The position numbers and the translations under genes were made by a program. A DNA stretch of 64,000 nucleotides from the human T2T-CHM13v2.0 reference genome, Homo sapiens. The notes beneath the pieces were generated by a model. The model was not told where the DNA came from. It saw only the letters and a list, made by a program, of their open reading frames with translations, and did no database searches. The stretch spans positions 28,032,001 through 28,096,000 of the forward strand of contig CP068257.2 of NCBI GenBank assembly GCA_009914755.4, read 5' to 3'. Positions 57,041 to 64,000 of this stretch are shown in pieces (positions within the stretch are counted from its first letter, which is position 1; every line of letters begins with the position of its first letter).

Positions 57041-60000
57041 TATTACTAGCTAAAATTTATAGTTTGGAAATGCTCTCCTTTAAATGAAGAAATAGATAAA
57101 TTCTAATTCATTTCTTTAATTTAAAATTTGAGAATGCTGTTTTCCAGCAAATAATTAAAAGTATTAGCTATTGGAATTTATTTCTCATTATAAAGGCATC
57201 TGGAATTGAATCTTAACTGTTATAATTATTACAACTATTTTTAAAAGCACATTTTTATCATTCAAGCTTTCATCATGCTTTACAGATTTAGTAAGCTATT
57301 GAGCTATATTTATCTTCCGAGTAGTTTTAGAGTAATTGCTCCCAAATTTCTCTCATGAGAGGAATCACAGAACATGAGGGAAAGGAGAGCTTATTGAAAC
57401 AAATAGATAAACAGATTGTCAGGATTTCCAAGTGAAGAAGTTAGAAATTTGCTTTGTCTTGTTTTAATACACTTCCAGTTGATTCATATCAGAGATATTG
57501 GGAAACCTATTTTAGAGTGCAGTTTTTCTAATATTAGGCAATTTTCTAAGTGTAGTCACAATTAATGCATATGGAACAATGGACCAGCCTTTAGAAATCT
57601 TCCTGATGATGAATAATGGAGTTATTGCATTCCTGAAGTACAGGAGTACATTTTTACTCATTCTTTTTTTTTTGGAACTCCAATATTGTTTTTACTCTAT
57701 CTATACTTTCTAAAGCTAACACAAGCAGCTCTAAGCAAAGAAACTAACTGCCCTTTCTTTCTTAGTATTACTCCTGATTTCACTGATGTGTAAATTCAAG
57801 CAAATATTGGGAAAATCACAGCTGTTCCATAGGTCTTATCCTGCACTTTCCATTCATGAACCAATGTAATCAACAAGAACATTAGCCCAGGAATATTATG
57901 CCTAATTGGTTTGAAATGTTGTGCCCTCTTTTGGAGATGTACATATATAATTTTTATAAGATCCACTTGGGCTATGTATATGTAGAAGAAGACAGCTTTA
58001 ATATGAATACAACCACAACTACAAAATCGATCCTCGTGGCCAAGTAATTAACCAGATAATTCCTTTAGCGTGACATCAGTCAAATGGTTGTTTGAATGTC
58101 CCAAATTTTGCAACTGATTCATTTTTATGATGTGGAAGATGAGAATGAAATAATTCCCTGTGGGGAAAAAGGCCTACATCACTGGCCCTTCCTATGTTGT
58201 AGGCGAGAGTTAGGTCAGGTGTCTGAGATACGATTGTTGTTGGGCAACTATCAATCTGGCAGGATTCATTTCTTCATCCACTGAGGGCTGTTCCTATATT
58301 TGGAAATCCTCACTCTCATCTTCATTAGTGAATTCTAAAGCATTGAGTGAAAATAGCCTGCAATACCCCTATTTACAGCTTTATAGAAGTGTTAAAATAT
58401 GCAAGAACTGGGAGTCTTAAAGAGGGAAGCCAAACGGATTCTACAACTAAATATGGGAGAGACGTTTTATGATACTGTTGACTTCTTTTTAAAGAATACA
58501 TTAAATTTTCTTTGGAGGCTGCATTTGCACAGCAATGATTTAAAGATACTTAGCTCACAGTAATGAAATAAATACTTTCCCCAGTGGTGTGGAACAATTT
58601 GATAGAAGAGCATATGTCCTCTAATTCGTGGGCATAATAGAGCCTGAATTAAGGGGCTACAGGAGCCCTAAGTGCCGCTTCTCACATCCTTGCTTTGTGG
58701 GAGCATGTAATCTTTTCTTAGCGTATGTTTTATTTTGTTATCTTAATTGGAGTTTCTTCCTTTTCTTGGAGGTCATTTAACGTGGGAATTTGACACTCAG
58801 TCGTGCTTAATTTCACTTTCATATTTTTATCATTGACTTTAGTCGAATTCCTTCAGAAAGCTACTGAAACCTTGGTCCCTTTGCCACCTAAAAAAAAAAA
58901 AAAAAAAAGAAACTCTACTGCCACATGGGATGTTTAAAATTATTAATTACACCTTTTCTGAGAGTCCACTCAGTCAACGCTCCCTCCAGCTGGAGAAGTG
59001 TGTTCTCATTGAATGCTCAACTGCAAGCGATTGCGAACAAGGTCACCATCTTCAACAGCATTTCAGTAAGAAATAACCAAAACCATAGTAAATATAAATG
59101 CCGTGAGAAATGACCCTTGGCACATGCTAACAGATCATTGCTAGTAAGTAAACATTGGAGAGTAAGCAACAACCTGCCAATTCTTATCTTCCTCGTTGGG
59201 GAAAAGGACAAGTGACTCACTGTGTTTTATGTTTTTAAACTTTCAGGTGTCTTCCTTGGCAAAAAGAATATAAAATCACTAGGATGATCTTTCTCTTTGA
59301 TGGCTTTGTGGCTCAGTGAGGGAACAAGCATATACATTATTTAAATACAAATGGATTGATAAATCCACATATCGTGCTAGAGCTCAGTGTGAGGCAAGCA
59401 GCTGTTTGAAATCCCACCCTCCTCTTCCCAATAGTTCATGGTAGAAAATCCAAGAGACTGCATACGACCAGGTGTAGCCATAATGTAGTCCTATTAGAAC
59501 CATAGCTTCATTGTCGGAAACTTCATTTAAACGTCCATAAAACCATCCTGATACAAAGAATGAACTGTAATAGCTTATAATTATGAGAGTGCATAAAGTA
59601 TGCCTCACAACCTATTACAAAGCCATAATTTTAGCATAAAACCATAAACCAGGAGAACAAAACTTGAGGACTTCAAAATAAAATTACAGCTTTTGTAAAG
59701 GCCAATAGAGCATACCTTTTCTCTCCGCAATAAATGATTGTCTCGTCTGCCTCCCACACGCAAAACAAGGGTGGATTTCTGATTTTTCAGACTTTACACT
59801 TCAGCACGTTCCCAAAGGTATCTTACAACTAGAGCATTAATACATTTTCAAAAGGGATTTTAATGCCCATTAGAATGAGATCTGGTTCAGGTGGAAAGAC
59901 AGATAGTATTCACTCATGTCAAAATGGGGAAATTAGCAGAAAAGGCTTTTGTGCTTGGTCTGCTTAAAAAACCCCCTCCTGTCATGAGGAAGAGGAAATG

Positions 60001-60799
60001 CCTGTTTTGATCATCAAACCAATGCAATTAGGACTGAATGAGATTTATCAGTCTTTATGTGAGCAGAAGGAAATGAATATTTAAGAAATGTATTTTAGGA
60101 AAATGAGGATAGTTTCAAGGCCAGAATATTTAACTCTTTGTCAGCATTCTTGATGTATTTTTAGGGTTTTGTAAAAGCACTCTGGTTTTTTTCTCATAGA
60201 TGAAATACAATTTGCCTGACATCAACAAGCCAAAGTGACTTTTATGCCTAATTATATATTAAACATGCACACACACACCCCTTCTAATTTAGAAAGTCAA
60301 AATATGTGAGCTTCAACATGTACTTTTAAAATGTCATTTGTTATTACGCTTATGTGAATAATATCGTACACAAAGAACAAACTTAAAATCCCCTATAATT
60401 CCATCACAAAGACATAACTCTGCTTAATATTTTGGAGTATTTCTTTTGAGTGTATATTTTCAAAACATTGTTAAGCTCTCTATATAGTTTTATATAATTT
60501 ATTATTCATAAAACAACATTGTAATCATTTTTATATCATTAAATATCTAACATACTATTTAATGGTTACATAAAACCCTATTATATAAATTGACTATAAT
60601 TTATTTAATCCTTCTTATGTACAAACATTTAAATTATTGTTTACAATTGTTATTGGTACATGTAGACACATATATAGGTATATACATATGTATATAAAAG
60701 CTTTACTTCTAATATCAGAAAATTATAAACAATAATCTTAATGTTCATATAATCTAAATCTGTCTACTGTATTATTTTGGGGTCAATTTTTATATTTAT

Positions 60800-61107
60800 T
60801 TTTATTTATATATATTTTTTATTTTTTCTGAGACAGGGTCTCACTCTGTCACCCAGGTTGCAGTGCAGTGGTGCGATCTTGATCTCAGCTCACTGAAACC
60901 TCTTCTTTCCAGGCTCAAGCGATCCTTCCACCTCAGATTCCGAGTAGTTAGGAGCACAGGCATGCAAGAAAAATTTTTTGTATTTTCGGTAGAGATGGGG
61001 TCTCATCATGTTGCCCAGGCTGGTCTCAAGCTCCTGAGCTCAGGTGATCCATCTGCCTCAGCCTTCCAAAGTGCTGGGATTACAGGCATGAGCTACCGTG
61101 CTTGGCC
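60800..61107 (-). mobile_element. Older, diverged Alu (AluJ/S-like) with a ~17-bp TSD (ttggggtcaattttta / ttggagtcaattttta)
   Basis: ttttttattttttctgagacagggtctcactctgtcacccaggttgcagtgcagtggtgcgatcttgatctcagctcactgaaacctcttctttccaggctcaagcgatccttccacctcagattccgagtagttaggagcacaggcatgcaagaaaaattttttgtattttcggtagagatggggtctcatcatgttgcccaggctggtctcaagctcctgagctcaggtgatccatctgcctcagccttccaaagtgctgggattacaggcatgagctaccgtgcttggcc. Confidence 0.9.
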
Positions 61108-64000
61108 TTGGAGTCAATTTTTAGAAGTGGAGCAAAGGATAGGAACATATTTTTAGGGATTTATATAAACTATTCAATTACAATGAGAAATTTGGAGTGT
61201 TTTGTTTATCACATTGTTTTTCGAGGATGATGAGTTAGACATAGAAATAATAGAATTTTCTTTATAAAACTTGTTATAATGGTACTGTATATTGACAATT
61301 GCTTTAGAATCCTTTCCATTCTGTGCTGTCTGCAGTAGAAACCACACCTTTGCTCTTATCCTATGAGGTTCATATGGCCAGTATCTGAGGAGAGGGCCAG
61401 GCCACCCATGGTGGGAATGCAGAGAAGACCTAACTGCATGAGTATGAGGAGAGATAGGTTTATAAACGGGAGCAGGCGAAAGTTAAGGGAATTCACACAT
61501 AATAGTTTCTATTCTCTCTTGTAAGAGGCTTGAAGTGTAAATGTCCGGAACTGTCCATGTAGGGAAGTAGAAAACTGGACAGAGAACATGTCAGTGACCA
61601 ACTGTATTAGTCAGGGTTCTTCAAAGACACAGAATCAATGGGATATAAATAGATAGAATGAAATAAATTTATGATGAGGGATTGGTTCACACAGTTATGG
61701 AGGCTGTTTTTAGCCTCCATCATCTGCCCATAATCTGATTATGTCCCATAATCTGCCGCCTGTAAGCGGAGCCCCGGAAAAGCCAGTCTGAGTCCAAAGG
61801 TCTAAGAACTGGGAGCACTGCTGAGAAGAGGGATGTCTCAACTCAAGCAGACAGCAGATCCGCCCTCCCTCTACCATTTTGTTTTGTTTAGGCCCTCAAT
61901 GGGTGAGATGAAGCCCACCCACATTGAGGAGAGCAGTCTTCTTTACTCATCTACTGATTCAAATGCTCATCTTCTCCAGGAACACCCAGAAATAATGGTT
62001 TATCAGCTACCCAGGTATTCCTTAGCTCAATCAAGTTGTCATATAAAATTAACCATTGTATAAACCTTGCCAAGCAGCACTGAGGTTCAAGCTGAAGTTC
62101 AAAACCATACTATTGTAATAGCATCCACACAATTATATTTTCTCTGGTGGTGATTGGCTACTCATGTGCAGGATGGATTCAATTATTTAGGTTTGGGAAA
62201 CTGCAGGGAATATGTGATAGAAGGCCAAGGTCAGCAAGGCTCAGTGAATTGGTGAGAGGAAACTTGACATGAAGGGGGATAGGGCCTAGGTCGAATAAGG
62301 AACAAAGTAAGAATACAATGGACTCAGTGAAGAGATGAGTGAAGGGCCAAGGGATGCAGGTGGTGGATGAGACCCATGAGCAAGTGCTATAAGAATGAGG
62401 ATGTGAGAGTTAGCACTGTCGATCATATTTCACTGCTATAAATCATTACATCACAGTGTGGATGAAGGGTTGTATCATAATAGCTTATAAGTGGAGAATG
62501 CAGTGTGTCAATTAGATTATACATTTCTTCAGTCAACAAATAACTGATGGACGTTCACCATGTGCTAGGCACTGCTCTGGGCCCTAGGGATACAAAGGTG
62601 AACAAAAACCGATACATTCCTTGCCTTCATAGAGCTGTAGTCTAGCAGAACAAGGGAAGATAAAACAATAAACAGAATAAATACATAAAATATGCATCTG
62701 ACCTAAGAGATGGCAGCTGGTAACAAGAAATCAAAGAGAAAACTAGAAGGATTAAGTAAGAGATAGTTTGCAGTTTTAAGTAGCATGGACAGGGAAGAAG
62801 AATAGGAAAACTTGATTAGCATGATGTGAAAGAAGAGGCGATACCATATAAGTAGGTTCCAACTCATGAATGCATTGAATGTGTGGCTTTCCAAGTTGTC
62901 ATCTGGATTTTGATTAGTTGGAACTCAGAGGTTTTTTTCCCCAAGGAGTAAGATGAGTGATTGTGATTGGGGACCTAATCAATCCTCATCCCATTCCCCA
63001 AAGCTTCCTTGACTCATAATGTGTTGGAAATACCACTTTTTGTAACCCTGGGCTTCAAGTCCTTTCCAGTTTCTCTGGCCATCGAGTCTAGAGGTTTCTT
63101 GAGTGCTGAGGAAAGAAGGAAGTTTGGTGAATGGTTGAGGCTGGGCATTTCTTATTATTTCATGCCGGAAGAAGCCCTAGTCAGCAGAAAAGTCAAAAAA
63201 AGGAAGGTAGGAGGTGGAGAATCTTGGCAGCAGTGGCACCCTTTGGAAGCCTGCCCTATTGTTTTCCCCCAAAATCCACTGCTCAGGGCCTTTCATTTAG
63301 GAAGGACATTAGTCAGACCACTAGTCATGCTGTGGTGTTTGTCATATTCAGTATCATTTCTGCAACAAATGATTGAACACCTACAGGCACCTCTTCAGAT
63401 GATCAGTGAACAACAGGCAAAATCCTTGCCAGGTGAGCTTACATTCTACCAGGGTAGACAGGGAAATAAATAGGCAACAGAATAAATAAATTATATAGGC
63501 TGTGATGTAAGAACAATGGGTTAGGTAGTCATAAGATCTAGTGAGTGTCCTGAAACTTCATTTATCCTAAAGGGCCTGAGCTTTTTCAGTTTTCACCACT
63601 TGAAGGTATTTTTCATGTCTGTAACTGTAGTAGAGAAAGATAGTTTCTGGAGATGTTACCTATATGTAAGAGGGTGGATCTGTATATTTTGAATTGAGTT
63701 TTCATCCTAAACTTAAAAAGTGATTTTGAGTCTGAGGATTCTGAAGAGCAGTTTTGGCTGTTTTTACATGCTCTGGATGCCCATGAAAACAATTAAGATG
63801 GTTTAATACCGATTTTCAACTTCTAATCTCTCCCTGGATTGAAAGAAGAAAGCAAATGCCAAGATGCATGACTTCGACACTATTATAGCAAACATGTCAT
63901 AATCACTACATTTTCCCAATGGTTTTATTACTTTAAATGTGGTCCCCTTTTCCAGAAAAGCAGAATTTCTGAGTTATGGCAGTTCGCCCAGTAATTTGTA

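Noticed and set aside
63009-63473. 154-aa + strand ORF near the window end
   Set aside because: No recognisable domain. Its 3' half overlaps an ancient interspersed-repeat fragment (…gagcttacattctaccagggtagacagggaaataaatag…). It lies deep in GRIK1 intron 1 on the opposite strand, with no splice or codon-usage support.

Overview
This window is primate (almost certainly human) nuclear DNA from the 5' part of the kainate-type glutamate receptor gene GRIK1 (GluK1/GluR5, chr21q21.3), read antisense. It is not a prokaryotic or accessory-element locus, and I find no support for a novel or undescribed biological system. The premise of the task is not supported by the sequence.

Three short coding exons lie on the minus strand: 27728-27895, 23560-23817 and 6818-6999. 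Their translations join in phase across canonical AG/GT splice sites to give a continuous stretch of the GluK1 amino-terminal domain: ...[203 protein letters not shown]. From the GRIK1 exon structure as I recall it these are coding exons 2, 3 and 4. No CpG island, exon 1 or exon 5 is recognisable in the window.

The remaining ~63 kb is AT-rich, CpG-depleted intron made of interspersed repeats:
- about 18 Alu elements in both orientations, several with visible target-site duplications;
- a full-length THE1-class MaLR retroelement (LTR-internal-LTR) and a solo THE1/MST-type LTR;
- two L1 3'-end fragments and a MIR;
- a MADE1 mariner MITE carrying a nested Alu insertion, plus a truncated mariner terminal repeat;
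- (TG)n, (GA)n and (GATA/TATC)n microsatellites, and three long polypyrimidine/polypurine (CTTT/TCCC/TTCC)n tracts.

Every ORF of 60 aa or more in the supplied track, other than the three GRIK1 exon ORFs, is explained by a repeat or low-complexity sequence. There are no rRNA/tRNA genes, CRISPR arrays, operons or prokaryotic signals.

Coordinates of repeats are by eye and good to roughly ±5-10 bp. Subfamily names are from memory of consensus sequences, not from a search.
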